Shown in pieces: positions 26,773 to 39,786 of a stretch of 64,000 nucleotides of DNA; the stretch's first letter is position 1; the number at the start of each line of letters is the position of its first letter. Below the pieces are notes generated by a model that saw nothing but the letters and a program-made list of their open reading frames with translations, did no database searches and was not told the origin of the DNA. The DNA is taken from NCBI GenBank assembly GCA_013239625.1, contig MU056216.1, positions 28,643,051-28,707,050 on the forward strand, read 5' to 3'. Source of the DNA: Lama guanicoe. Lineage: Eukaryota. Made by a program: the position numbers and the translations under genes.

Positions 26773-29700
26773 GATTTGGTAGGTCTGAGATGGCTACTAA
26801 CATCTAAGAGAAGGTATCACATAGGTAGCTGAAAATGTGAGTCTGGAGTAGCAGACCGAGCAGGACTAGAGATATAGAGATATTGCAATCATCAGGGGAT
26901 ATTTAGAGCCACTGGCCTAGGTGAGACCACTAGGGAGAGGGTCGGGTTTGAGAACAGAAGAGACTCAAGATAGAGCCCTGAAGATTTCTAATACTTAGAG
27001 ATCAGGTAGACAGGAGGAGCCACTTACGGAGCCTGAGAAGGGATGGCCACCAATGAGGACGGATGAACACTAGCAGTATATTGCCTTCTTTCATTATTTT
27101 TTTTTAATTTTTAAAATCAGTTATACACTTTAATGATTTTAAAAGGCAAATTGTTCCACAGGGCTGACCATGAAAAATAACAGTGATCTGCCCCATCCTT
27201 CCCCATTACTGATCCCTCATTCTCGGAAGCAAATACTTTCAACTCTTTCAGCTGTTTCTTCTGGCATTTACCTCCTTAATTTCTAAATAGCTGACTTATC
27301 TGTCATTGCTAGCTTTTTCTCCTTTGATATCTATAGGCTTCCTTCTACTGAAGACAAAGACTCTTATAATTCTTTTTTTTAATCGAAGTATAGTCAGTCT
27401 ACAATGTTGTGTCAATTTCTAGTGTATGGTATAGACAAAGATTTACTCTTTACATCACCCACACTCACCTTGCACGTACTCACACATATGTACTCACACA
27501 GACACACAGACCTCTCCACTATGCTCTAATTACAATGACATCACAATTTTTGGTTAAATCAGTGTACAGTGTATTAATTACTCTGAGTTTGTAAATATTA
27601 GTCATAGCCGAGCCACGTAGTATACGATGATGATGTTTTCTTTTTTATATGACCTCTGGTTTTCCCTGGAGTTAACAATTATCTTCATTTAAGTTTTTTG
27701 GCTTACTTTTCTGGGTGCCTATTTCTAACGTATCCCCAGACTCTCAATTAGAAGTTAAAGCCTCCTATCACTGCTTTCGCAAACATCAGGTGATTGTCAG
27801 TTTCCATTTTTTCTCTGCCATATGTTTCCAGAATCCTTTTGTACTCTTGCTCCAATGTCGGCTGGATGCTGTTATCCTGAGATTTATTCTCATTTTCATC
27901 TCGGGAAGTCCTTTCCCCATCCTCCTGCATTGGAGTTCTTATTTTCTGGACCCCATGTCTTCCTTTTTAAAAAGTTCATTCTGTAGTTTTGAGGAAACAT
28001 CATCTATTAGCTTTCCTGAGGACACTTACATGAGAGGCCGATTCTTTGAGACCTTGCATGTCTGTAACTTTTAAAAAATTTTGGTTTGTTATGGTGTGAT
28101 AGTTTGGCAGTAATTTTCCCTCAGATTTAAGGCATTGCTTCATTGTTTTCTAGATTCCAATATTGCTGTTGAGAAGTTTGAAGTTATTATTATTCTCAGT
28201 CCTTTAAATGTGACCTGCTTCTCCACCTCTCTTTCTCCACTTAAATCAGGCTCTAAAAGTTAAAACAGGACAAAAACAAATTGGGTTTGTTGGGGGAAAA
28301 TGATCAGGGAAGAAGGTAGAGAAACTAAATTCCAAATGCAAGGCTTACACTTGAGGTCCCTGCTACATATCAGACAGAACTGCTCCTTGAAAAGGGGACA
28401 CGCAGCCGGAGTGTAGCTCCCAGGACCTGGGTCTCAGTCTCACATCACTTCAAGATAATCTCATCAACGTCCTGATTTTTTTCATCATCCAATTACTCAG
28501 CTGACCTGAGCTAGTAAATCTGTTGTTAGTTGGGTACATTATTATTCGATTATATAACCCCGAGAAGGTTTAGAATTAAATATAGCAGTGGTGAACTAAA
28601 TCAAACCCACAGTACTAATATTTTTAGTACTAACCTTAAAGTGTAAGACAATCTGCATGTGTCTGTTATTTATGTGCAGTGCTTATAATAAAAATAGAAA
28701 CTGTACTCCTTAGATACAAGATAGAAGGATAAAGAATTTCACTGGCTCATTCCCAGCATGCCAGCTGGGAACACTGCCTATGCAGGTATTCTTGTTAGTA
28801 GTAGCTAGGGCTCTCAACTGCTCCACTTTGCCATGGGAAGGGGAAGGAGACCAGATGTCTCAGAAGTGACCTCCTCTTCCTCCTCCTCCTCCCCCCTGCA
28901 ATCACCAATGGCTATCCTAAAAGTGGCCTGATTCAGGATTTTCATTCTACGTGGCATCAAGCATCCAGAAAAACCCAAGAGACTCCTTCCTGACAAGATG
29001 TAGGACTATATTACAATGTACCAAAATTGTTCCTGTACTTTGTGTAGTTGCACACACATTTATCAAATTCTAGCTGACTGGAAAGCATTTGTTCTTCATG
29101 ATGACCACACAATGCAAATGCAGCTGCCAAGATGATGAAAACCAAGATGTGGGGGAGGAATGGTTCTTGCAGTGGCAAACACAGTATGCTGCTAATAATG
29201 GGCCTTAATGGAAATAAGGCTATGAGTCCAGCTACTTGAGATGGCCAGACTTGAAAATTTAGGGCTGGGATGCAGATCAGCAGGTGAGGAGGATGCAGAA
29301 CTGGATTCCTGTGACTGGAAGTTCTAAGGACTACATGGGGAGGGGCTTCTATTCTGGGCTAAGGACTTACCCTTGATCCTGAAGACACTGGGAGGCAAAG
29401 GAAGAACTTGAAGCTTATGAGTGACATAGCCAGATGAATTTGGAAGCTATTTCTATAGCACTTAGGTTTTACAGAGTGTGTTTTTGCACACATCACCTAT
29501 TTAACATTCTGTAAGGTAGGTATTGTTTGCATTTTGCAACTGAGGACTTAAAGAAATTAATTAATCAAGGTTACAGGGTTGTGGTCACGTTTAATTAATT
29601 AATCAAGCTCATACAGTTGTGGCCAAGATTGAATAGAACCTAGGTCTTCATTTCCTTATTACCATCTGGGTATTTTCACTGTAGTCAGATTAAAAAATAC

Positions 29701-29966
29701 ACAGAAAGCGTTGGTATAGAGCAAAGTTGAGAGCAAAGAAGAGATGAAAAATGAGTTGTGTTTAGCAGAAACTGGCACTGAGTAGTTAGGAGATTTGTTT
29801 CTAGGCTTACTATTTCTTTTTTGTTTTTCCTGTTGTTTCTAAACTGGTTATGATGATGTAACCATGATACTGTTCCCTAGAGCAATGATTTCCAATGTGT
29901 GGATTAAGACCCTTGGGAGAACCCAAGGTTATTCATTGGGTCCTCAAGTTCAGTGTGTATTTTCTT

Positions 29967-30132
29967 TGTTTCTTCTGTTTTAAAAAAAAAAGTTCTTTGC
30001 TGGTTTTTTGGGGGTAATTAGGTTTATTTATTTATTTATTTTTATTTTAACGGAGGTATTGGGGATTGAACCCAGGATCTTGTGCACGCTAAGCATGTGC
30101 TGTACCATTGAGCTATATCTCCCTCCCCTCGC
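29967..30132 (-). mobile_element. Vic-1-type SINE with extended tail
   Basis: TSD CAGTGTGYATTTTCTT at 29951-29966 and 30133-30148. Confidence 0.9.
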
Positions 30133-31022
30133 CAGTGTGCATTTTCTTGATGGATGCTGAAAGTACTACCATCCATTTTATAGGGACTCCAAGATTTTTA
30201 AAAATTTAGCTTACATTACAAAGGGATCTTCATACTTGAAAGGGATCTTCATGCAAAATATAAATTCCTAAATATTATGTGTGTATTACCAAGGATTATG
30301 TGTATATTAGCAGAGGCTGTGGGGCATAGGGAAACAGTGGAATTTGAGTGTCTACAAATCTGTAGGAAACAACAAAGTACCTTGTACATGTCACACAGTC
30401 ATGAGTCTGGAAAGGACTTGGTGAGATGATAGTCGAGGGTAGAAAGAGCTTTGTTCTTATTTCCCTGCCCTAAAGCAGGAAAGCATTCCAATGACTTTCC
30501 CCACAGGCTGGGGATTATATTTGTTTTTATGGCTGGATTCACGTGATATCTCAAACCAGTCCAAACTGTATCAACATCAAAACGGTGAGCAGACAAAACT
30601 CCAGGGTCTCCCCGAGAGCTCAAGTTGGAGAGTAGAAATGGGCTTGTTTAAGCCCAGACTGGGGCCTGAGCTATAGAAACAAGAAAAAGGAATGAGAGAG
30701 AGAGAGATGATTCTGGGCCCTGGCTCTGGCAAAGACCATTTACCACCTGGAAGCTCAATTTCCTCATTTATGAAATGGAAATAACACCTTTTGGCTTGAA
30801 GGAATCATTGAATATAAAAATTCCCGGAGGAGCACTTTGCATCAACAGATGCAGGTTTTATACACATACATTTGCTTTTTGACCCAGCAAGCCCATGTCT
30901 GTGAACTTACTCTGAAGCTATATCTCCTCCAATAAAAGCAATATACGCAAAAGTTTATTCATTATCTACTCTTTGTCATAGCCAAAGTCTGCAAACCAAC
31001 TGTAGGCCACATGTATTAGTTT

Positions 31023-31246
31023 TTTTTTTTTAATTTTTATTCCATTTTTAAATTTTTTTCGTTGTGTTAATATTGTGATTATATTGTTCTTTATTACATA
31101 TTGGTTTGGTTTGGTTTGGTTTTTTGGGGTGGGGGAAAGGTAATTAGGTTTACTTATTTCTTTTCTAATGGAAGTACTGGAGACTGAACCCGGGGCCTCA
31201 TGCATGCTAAGCACACACTCTATCACTGAGCTATGCCCTCCCCCCG
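31023..31246 (-). mobile_element. Vic-1-type SINE with long unique 3' extension, inserted at the terminus of an MLT1 LTR
   Basis: TSD TGTATTAGTTT at 31012-31022 and 31247-31257. Confidence 0.9.
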
Positions 31247-31870
31247 TGTATTAGTTTCTTATTGCTGCATAATATAAAACCACACATTTAGTTTAAAGGG
31301 AGACTCACTGATTAGCTCACAGCTCTGCTGATCACAAGTGTGGCCTGGTGTGGCTGGGTTCTCTGCTCAGGGTTTCTCAAGGCTGAAATCAAGGCATTGG
31401 CGTGGCTTAGTTCTCATGTGCAGAACTAAGGAGGATGAACTTGCTTCGGAGTCATCCTCATCACCAGCAGGATTGTTTCCTGTGGTGGCCACACTGAGAA
31501 TGCTGGTCCTCGCTGGGGGTCAGCTGAGGGTCACTCCCAGCTCCGAGAGGCACCTGTATTCCTTGCCATGTGAAGCCTCCATCTTCAAAGCCACAGCATC
31601 ACATCCTTCTTGTGGTCTGAAGCTCTGACTTTCCTTTTGTGACCAGCTAGAGAAAATTCTTCCTTTTAAAAGGCTCATGGGACTGGGTCAAGCCCATCGA
31701 ATAATCTCCCTATCATAGGGTCAAGTGATTTGAGACTTTAATATACATGCACAATCCTTTCACAATCTACCTAGATCCGTTTTTGATTGAATGACTTGGA
31801 GAAGGTGTGTGCCCATCAGGGGTCAAGAGTCTTAGGGGCCACCTCCAAATTCTGCCTGTCGCCCTACAGG
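31247..31870 (-). mobile_element. MLT1(E/F)-like MaLR LTR
   Basis: tgtattagtttcttattgctgc...caaggctgaaatcaagg...ctccatcttcaaagcc. Confidence 0.75.
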
Positions 31871-31961
31871 AAGTTTCCTGTTAAATAACATGGGTCCATC
31901 CACATGAGGGAGAACCATGCTGGAGTGATAAAGGATGAGGAAGGCCTCAGGGGACTGCTCT

Positions 31962-32461
31962 TGTTACTGGACCAAATGTGGGTCCACTAGCCCCAGGGCA
32001 GTAAAGCCAATCTACCAACACCAGGTTGTGGGGAAGGAAAGTGCAGCGTTGATTGCAGAGCGCCAAGCAAGGAGACCAGGGCGGCTAGTGATCAAGCTGA
32101 ACTGAACTCCCGGATGGATTTCAGGAAAGCATTTTTAAAGGCCAGGTGAGGGTGGGGGGCTGCAGGGGATGTGCTCAGCGCAGCTCCTGCACTATTCTCT
32201 GATTGGTTGATGGTGAGGCAATGGGGCGGAGTCACAGGGCTTAACATTACCAATCCTTAGGCTCCTGCAGGGCCTGGGGGCTGTGTGCTTCCGATCATGA
32301 AGCAGTTAACTCGTCTATTTGATGGGGGTTTTAGCATCCATAAAACAACTCAGTAATGTGCATCAGATATGGTTTATTTAGGTGCTTCAGAGAGTAGCTG
32401 AAGCAGGGGAAATGGGGGAAGGGTCTGTCCTGGAGGACCCATAGAGCCCTGCTCAGTTAGT
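31962..32461 (-). mobile_element. ERV1-class solo LTR (about 500 bp) in an old L1 3' region
   Basis: 4-bp TSD CTCT (31958-31961, 32462-32465); its terminus (rc aactgagcagggctctatggg) resembles the start of the 9413 LTR. Confidence 0.8.
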
Positions 32462-32569
32462 CTCTGGAATAATTTCCAGGATACATTATCTATTGCTAAG
32501 TGAAAAAAGCAAAGAAGAATAAAATGTGCTACCTTTTATGTCAGAAAGAAAAGTAAGAAAAAATATATA

Positions 32570-33570
32570 TGTTATGGTGCGCAGCCTCTGAGTTGGTCCC
32601 CAGTGATCATTGCCTCTTGTATAATCCTTTCCCCTTGAGTGTGGGCTGGACTTACTGACTCACTTCTAGCAAGTAGAATATAGCAGAGGTAGTGTCACTA
32701 TTAAATTAGGTTACAAAAGGACCGTGGCTTCCATCCTGGTATCTCTCTCTCTCTTTTTTCCTTTCTGCCACATTGTGAGTAGTTTTATGGTGAGACCATG
32801 ATGCAAGAACTCATATTTCCAGTGGCTGAATTGTGTCTCCCAAAAAGACACACTAAAGTTTTAATCCACCTGGTATCTGTGAAGTGGCCTTATTTGGAAA
32901 TAGAGTCTTTGCAGGTCTAGTCAAGTTAAGATGAGGTCATTCTGGATTAGGGTGGGCCCAAATACAGTGACTGGTGTCCTGAGCAGAAGGAAATTTGGGC
33001 AGTCACACACGTGCAGGATGTGAAGGCAGAGGCAGAAAGTGAAGTTATGCAGTTACAAGCCTAGGAACACCGAGGATAGCTGGCAGCAGCTAGAAGCCTT
33101 CAGAGAGACAAGAAAGGTTTCTTCCCCAGAGACTGTGGAAAACGTGGCCCCGCTGATATCTTGATTTTGGACTTCTAGCATTCAAAACTGTGAGAGACTA
33201 AACTGTTTTTTTTTTTAAACCATCCAGTTTGTAATAATTTATTAAGGCAGCCCAAGGAACTAATACACTGACTGATGGCCAGCATCGACCTGAGGTCAGC
33301 CAACCTCCACATAAGGGAGCTTGAAAGAGGATCTTCTGAGGCCAACCAATAGCCAGGTTGTGTGAGCTTGGAGGCAGATCCTCCCCCTCTACCCTACTCC
33401 CCGTGGGGCCTTGAGAGGATTATAGCCCCAAATGCCACCCTGACTGCATTCTTGTAAAACACCTGGAGCCAGAGGTACCTAAGACCCTCTGGATTTCTAC
33501 CCACAGAAACCGGGAGGTAATAAATGTTTGCTGTTTTAAGCTGCAAAGCATAATTATACAGCAATACTAA
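32570..33570 (+). mobile_element. Nested MaLR LTRs: MLT1C-like (about 32818-33267) inside an MLT1E/F-like LTR
   Basis: The outer element resumes after the inner ...gcagcccaaggaactaataca end. Confidence 0.75.
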
Positions 33571-33599
33571 AATAAATAAATAAATAAATAAATAATATT

Positions 33600-35520
33600 C
33601 TTCATTTGAGTGGGGGGCAGAGAATAGAAACTAAGGACAATGCTTAGCGACAGGAGGTGAAAGGGAACAGAGTGCAGCGAATAGGAAGAGAGTGCTACTC
33701 CCCTGAACATAACATTTGTTAAGATTTGATTTGGAACCATATGAATGCTTTATTCATTCAAAAACTAAAAATAAGAGAAATGAAAAAGGCAAACTAAGTT
33801 ATGCAAATAAAAATAACAAACCTAACAATATAGTGAGTTGACAGCATAACCGTATTGCAAAGCAAATTAATTCAAGCAACTTTTGGTTACAGTCCTCTAA
33901 TGGCACGTCATTGAGAAGGGATGTGTTTATAAAGATAGTAAGAACTGCAAAGAAATCTTGAACTTAGAAGATTTCTTTGGTGTTAGTACTGAAGTCTCAA
34001 CTCTTTTGTGTATATTGTAGGATTGAACAAATGAGTGAATATATTGATGCTGAGGGGAGCCAGGGTTTTCCTGCACTTTTACCACCATGTTTACTGGTTT
34101 TGACAGCATATTTTACATGTTTTTGTTAGGAACCAGGGTTTTCACTGTGGTTTTATGTGAAGAAAGATATAAACATGGAAACAAAAATGCTAGAATGAAC
34201 CTCACGTTGTTGAATTTTTAATTGGAGGTATCAGTATGAACTCATGATTTCAAATTATATCTGGGTAAAGAGTATGCTGTTTACTGTTTTATATCTATAT
34301 GTATATGAAAATATAAACACTTCGCCCACTGAAAGGGCTTAAAAGAAGTGACATTCCAGTAGCAATGAGCACACCAGACACTTAGACCTAATCTTCTAAG
34401 TGCTACTTCCTACTAAAAGGAACTAAGGTTTCTTTGCCTAAAGGAGAGAAAATGCCAGGAGGGCTAGCAGGTCCTGTATCAGAAAGCGAGAAAGTGCACA
34501 AAGATTGATAAGCTATATACAAGAAAAAAGGAGCCAGGGAGGGGGTCTTCCGCTGGCCACAAAAGAGCAATTTGAGCACCATAAATAATAATAGTATTTG
34601 ATTATAATAATTGAATTATATTGAATTTTAAAAGAACGCCAGAGTTCACACTGTTCAAAAGAAGGAAGAAGGGGAGAGGAAGCAAAAAAGAAAAGAAGAA
34701 AGAGTGGGTTACTCTTCCGTGGGAAGGAATGTCAGTTAATAAACATAGAAGGAATGTTAGAAAATCTCCATTTTATAACCTGTGCGATAAGTGCGTGCTA
34801 CCCTCATTGGGTGAAAATACTCACCAGGTTTTAACCTATCACTGCAGTTATTATCAGTGGCACAGGGAGAGAGGATATTTGAGGAGAGATCTGCCAGACC
34901 ACCCTTGACCAGGTGATCAAACTTGGCATAGTGGATAATAGGCCAAAACAACACCATGCCTCCCAATGGAACTGCACAACATCACCGACTACTTTTCTTA
35001 CTAAAAAGTTTAACTTGAATCTAATCACGAGGAAACAATTCCATAAATCCATACTGATACAATCTACAATTGTCCCGGACTTTTCAAATATGTCAAAGTA
35101 ATAAAAGATTTCTAAAGTGAGAGTTCTAGTACGAGGATAGTAGACTAAAGGATTTTGTATAGAGAGATATGAATTCAAAGGCAACGAACCCTGGGTGGAT
35201 CGCGAACTGAAAAAAAAAGTGTTTGTGTGTGTGTGGGTGTGTGTGTGTGTGGGGGAGACCTTTAGGGCCAACAAAGGAAATGTAAATATGGACCGCATAT
35301 TGGATATTTTGACTGAAATAGTATTAAATTTCTTGCATGCCATAATAGTGAGGTGTTTAGGGATGAATCAGAGCTGTTTGCAACTTTCCAATGATAGTTC
35401 GGGGGAAAAAAACCTATATAGTGAGAAAGAACGCAAACATTGGGAAATACTAGCATTCAATTTAGTGCAGGGTATACTGTTCAAGTTTTCAGTCGGTTTA
35501 TAAATTTTCAAATTAGAAAG
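33600..35520 (+). mobile_element. Old L1 (L1MC/ME-like) 3' region abutting the promoter
   Basis: gacattccagtagcaatgagcacacc, accaggtgatcaaa.ttggcat, aacttgaatctaatca.gaggaaaca motifs. Confidence 0.7.
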
Positions 35521-35559
35521 CTGGGTTTAAAAAAAATGTTAAGTTTACTTCCCTCCGAC

Positions 35560-36600
35560 TGCAGAGGGTCACGTGGACAAAAATAATCAGGATCCTGAGA
35601 AGGCTCTTGTGTGGTTCTTAAGTTTCTCTTTCATCGCGGGGTCGACCCCGAGGCCGTAGGAGGCGTCACCGAGTCGGGAAAGCTCCCACCCCTGCCAGGG
35701 GGAGCGGGAGGGTGCGGGAGTCCCGTCCCTCTGGGACCAGCCAGCCGCCAGCTGCGTGGGGCGTGGCCTGGGCGTGGCCTGTGCCGGAAACGGCCAATGG
35801 GAGCCGAGGAAGCGGGCGGGGCCGCGCTGTGCCGGGCCGGGGAGGGGCTGCGCGCAGGCTCTTGGGCCGCCCCCGCCGCTCCGCAGCCTTTTCTCTAGTT
35901 TCCGTGGGGTTGCCGGCTCCGGCTGCTGCTGGGACTGAGCAGGAGGAGGTGCAGGGCAGCTGCCGCCACCCGGTAAGTGCCTGCTCCCCCGACCGCGGCC
36001 GCGCTGGGCGCTCCATGCCTGCTCCGGGTCGTCCCTCCTCCGGCCCGCCTCCTTGCCCCACGGCGCCTAGAACCACTGGCGCTGGACTCCGGGTCTCTGC
36101 GCGGCGGCGCTGCCCCTCTAGTCGGCCGCGGTCTGGGGCAGGGGCAGGGGTTGGGGCTGCGGTCCCGGAGAAACCCGGCGTGGCCGGGCGTGCCCAGGGG
36201 CTACCAGTGCTCGCCGGTTCGCGTGCGGGGCCCGGCTCGTGGGGCTCGAGGTTCCAGGGTGGGCCCCGATCCTCCGGCTGCCGCTGCCTGCGGTCGGGCC
36301 GGTTCCGGTGGAGCGCCTGCTCCCGGCCCTCAACACTCGGCGCCGTTGGGGGCTGATTTCTGTTCCAGCGCCACTGAGATCAAGTGTGAGGCCCGTCTGG
36401 CATCTCTGCGTGTGCGCCCTTGCGGCCGCTGTGCGTTTCCCCAGCCTCCGCATCCCTCCCACTTGCGGTTCATTCAGTGTGCAGCCCGGGCACCTGTGAG
36501 CTGCATACTGTGGGAAAGGGCACTCTGTACTTTGAAGTACTCCTGAACACGCCAGGTTGGCTCATGTTTGCGAGGACGGGTCGAATTCACTTGCTCGGAA
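35560..36600 (+). promoter_or_regulatory. CpG-island promoter of SLC25A30
   Basis: Very GC/CpG-rich. E-box GTCACGTG 35568-35575; tandem GGGCGTGGCCT SP/KLF boxes 35758-35780; CCGGAAA; NF-Y box GGCCAATGG (CCAAT 35794-35798); further GC boxes; no TATA box seen. Confidence 0.9.
35880..35972 (+). other. SLC25A30: SLC25A30 non-coding exon 1 (5' end approximate)
   Basis: Lies in the CpG island just downstream of CCAAT/GC boxes; strong donor CG|GTAAGT at 35972/35973; no ATG in it. Confidence 0.7.
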
Positions 36601-36898
36601 AGTTAATGTAGCTCTGGGTTTTAGCGTAATTCTAGGTGTAAGTAACTTCATGTAAAGCATTATCACTATTATTGTTCCTGCGCAAGAATAACAAAACGTG
36701 TCGACTGTCTTGCAAGAGTCTAAATTTGTCCTCCTGCAGCGAGAAGAGTTGAAAGGCATGAATTCTGTTCTTGGCTTTGTTGCTGCCAAGCTTTGTGACC
36801 ATGGACTCAGTTAATTCATGTGAAATAAAATGGGTTTCTAAGATTCCTTTTAAATCCTACGTTTCATAAGCCTGATGAGCTTATTTTTCCTACCGCAC

Positions 36899-37048
36899 TT
36901 TTTTTTCCCCCTTTTGGGGGGTTATTAGATTTTATTTATATATTTTTAATGGAGGTATTGGGGCTTGAACCCAGGACCTCGAGCATGCTAGGAATGCACT
37001 CTGCTACTGAGCTATACCCTATCACCACCCCGCCCCACCCCCACCCCG
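36899..37048 (-). mobile_element. Vic-1-type SINE (intron 1)
   Basis: ggaggtattggggcttgaacccagg...gagctatacc. Confidence 0.85.
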
Positions 37049-39645
37049 CGTACCTTTAAAAAGAATGGAAAATAGGGGAAAAATCCAGGCAGTGCATCCC
37101 TGCAGGGAACAGATTTATGAGCGCACAGAAATTTAGAGACTAGATTGCAGTTTAAGATTGCACACAGTCAAACTGAAAGAACTTACTCAGAATTAATTAT
37201 ATGAGAAACTTGGAAAGCTTTCAGAAGTTCCAGCAGCAGTTACTGTATTTGTGCCTCTTTTTGCAGCTGTACAAATGAGGTAAGGAGAAAATTAATGTTA
37301 AGAGAAGATGTAGTGAGAGAGGATTTGTAACTTAGCATATATCCTAAGTGTAGGCAGAATCCTTCGGAATTCTTGATTTGTAGAGACATTTCCACACAGG
37401 AAACACTTTTTTTTAATAGATAAAAGTTTTTGCATTTCCCATGCAGGAAAATCCTGCTTGTATTCTGAATGTGTAGATTTCCTCTGTGCCACCACGACTT
37501 TTTTTTTTTTATATAATTATTGTTTTTGTGTGTGTGCCAGTATTTTTAACAGCCTTTGGGAAATTGCATTTGGCTTGGTAGCTCGTGGAGGAAGGATTAG
37601 CCTTCCCTCAAGGAGACCTCAGTTGAGTACTTTCCTGCTGTGTGACGAGGCGGGGTCACCTTTCCTCTGTGAAGCTGTCTTTCGATTGTGAAATGGGATG
37701 ATACCTATCTTACAGGGTTGTAAAGATGTGACAACCATGTAGCAATGCCTGACCTGTCAGGGATTCAGTAATGACAACCATTGTTAGTATTGTGTTCAGA
37801 AGGCGGTGCAGAGGAGTAGTCATTGGGTTTGAGTCTGGTAGAGGGTAGGCCCCAAAGAGGAGAGCAAGAGTGGTAAGGAATCAACAGCCACTTCTATGCC
37901 GGACGCTGGAATTTTGGAAGTTGTAAGCCCTTCCCTGAATCTCAGGCTGAGCTACTGCGGGATCACTAATGATTGCTAAGGGACACATCAGTACCCCTTA
38001 CTGTGTTGGCCTATCAGTCTTGGCACTTGAGTAGAGTTGGGATTTTTCCAAAAAATTGAGCTTGGAAGTTAAGGAATGTGTGCGAGGAGAATCCCTCCAA
38101 AGAGAGCTCAAAAAAAAAAAAAAAAGAAAAGAAACGGCTTGGTTTACTGAACAGATTTCAGCCTGAGATAACTGAAGCCCTGGCAAGCTTGTGGCCAGTA
38201 CAGCTTACTGGACATATGGTCTCCCATTCCAGTATTAACCAGAACCTTTTCTTGTTTGAATGTTTGACCAGTTATTGATGCTCTCTGATTGTTATTTAAA
38301 CTAAATCATTCTTTATTTGATTCAGGAAACATTAACCTGGGAAGGCACATTAGTCTTAACTGTTCAAGGATCTAGTCTTACAACTGGAAAGAAAAAGAAT
38401 CCTAGAGTTACTTTTGCCTTCCTCCTAGGTAGTGTGGTTGAATAGAAAGTACTTCCTTACAGTTTACCCAGGGATTGAGGAGTGGACAGTCACTTGTGGA
38501 AGATAAGTTATGGTGGGGGTATGGGGTCCATCTGAATGGGAACTAATGGGTGTGTACTCCATCCCACGTGATTCAAAACCCTGGGGAGGCAATTCCACAG
38601 CCCCTGTGAGCTCTTTAGTGTTTGCATGTGAGTGTAACTCAGAACCTCTGGGTTTTAATCTAAAAATCTAATATCAAAACCAGCAGAATAAACAGTAACT
38701 AAATCTCACTAAAGCTAAACTAGCAAAACAAAAGTAGTGGCAGGAAACCAGAAAGTTAATTAGTGAGTTGGCATGAGGTCTTGTGACAATACAGTCTTTA
38801 AAAAATGTTTTCTTTTCAAATTAGAGATCAGAAGTTATACTCCCATTCCCCATACATTTTTGCTGACACTTTGAAGGGTATCTTTTGCATATATGTGTAT
38901 GTGTATGTACACATAGACACCGTAGAAAACAAATCATTACTAAATAAGATGAATTAAAAGAAGAACCAACTATAACGTCGTCACTGCCTAATCAACTACC
39001 TAAAACAGGAATTTAAGTGATAAATACACCAAGATGTGAGGTGGCCATCAATTATTTGACTCATTGATTTTCAGTAACAATATACATGCTTGGGATGTTC
39101 CTGAGATCCTCTCAGTGGGTGGGGACCCTGGTGCCTGTACTTTTAAGAAGCTCCTTAGCTAAGCTAGGAAGTGCTAATACGGAGTCCTGTATTCCACACA
39201 GAAGCTTGATGAATATATAGTATCGCAGCTAAGAAAAGAAGAATCATATAGAGGCTGAGGGAGAGGGGGTCACCGGGGAATGGAGGCAACTACTTAATGA
39301 TTTCCTTTTGGGTGGTGAAATATTTTGGAGCTAGATAGAGGTGGTGTTTGTATAACCTTGTGAATGTACTCAGTGCCGCTGAAATGTTTGCTCAAATGGT
39401 TTATTTTATAGTATGTGAATTTCACCGTAGTAAAAAACTCTGGGGGAGGAAAAACAGGAACACCATCTTCTATGCTATGTGTTGGAAAGTTTAATTATTG
39501 TTTAGGTTGACTACCTTCTGAATATGTATTTTTCTCAAGACTTTCAAGGACATCTTTATTGTTCACAAGGTACATCTTATCAGTAGTACCTTAGTAGCTG
39601 CTTAGAAATATTTTCTCCTTAATTAAAATGCCATCACACCTCTTT

Positions 39646-39786
39646 GTTGTTGGTGGTGGGTTTTTTTGGTGGGGAGGGTAATTAGGTTTGTTTGTTTGTT
39701 TACTTATATGGAGGTACTGGGGATTGAACTGAGGACTTCCTGCACACTAGGCATGCACTCTACCACAGAGCTCTACCCTCCCCCTT
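39646..39786 (-). mobile_element. Vic-1-type SINE (intron 1)
   Basis: SINE body; degenerate TSD. Confidence 0.85.

Noticed and set aside
28611-28631. Small inverted repeat AGTACTAA-tattt-TTAGTACT
   Set aside because: An 8-bp AT-rich stem is within chance expectation for 64 kb.
1-35500. Additional protein-coding gene or antisense lncRNA upstream of SLC25A30
   Set aside because: No ORF gives a recognisable non-transposon protein and no coherent exon chain is visible. A lncRNA cannot be supported from sequence alone.
35962-35972. Perfect Kozak GCCGCCACC at the end of exon 1, in frame with the uORF and CDS after splicing
   Set aside because: The next codon is CGG, two changes from ATG and not a near-cognate start. 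The frame also stops at TGA 41607, so it is probably coincidence in GC-rich DNA.
35611-36546. Long ORFs (up to 214 aa) over the CpG island
   Set aside because: These are GC-rich, stop-poor, low-complexity Arg/Gly/Pro/Ala translations in several frames, run through the exon 1 donor, and show no recognisable family.
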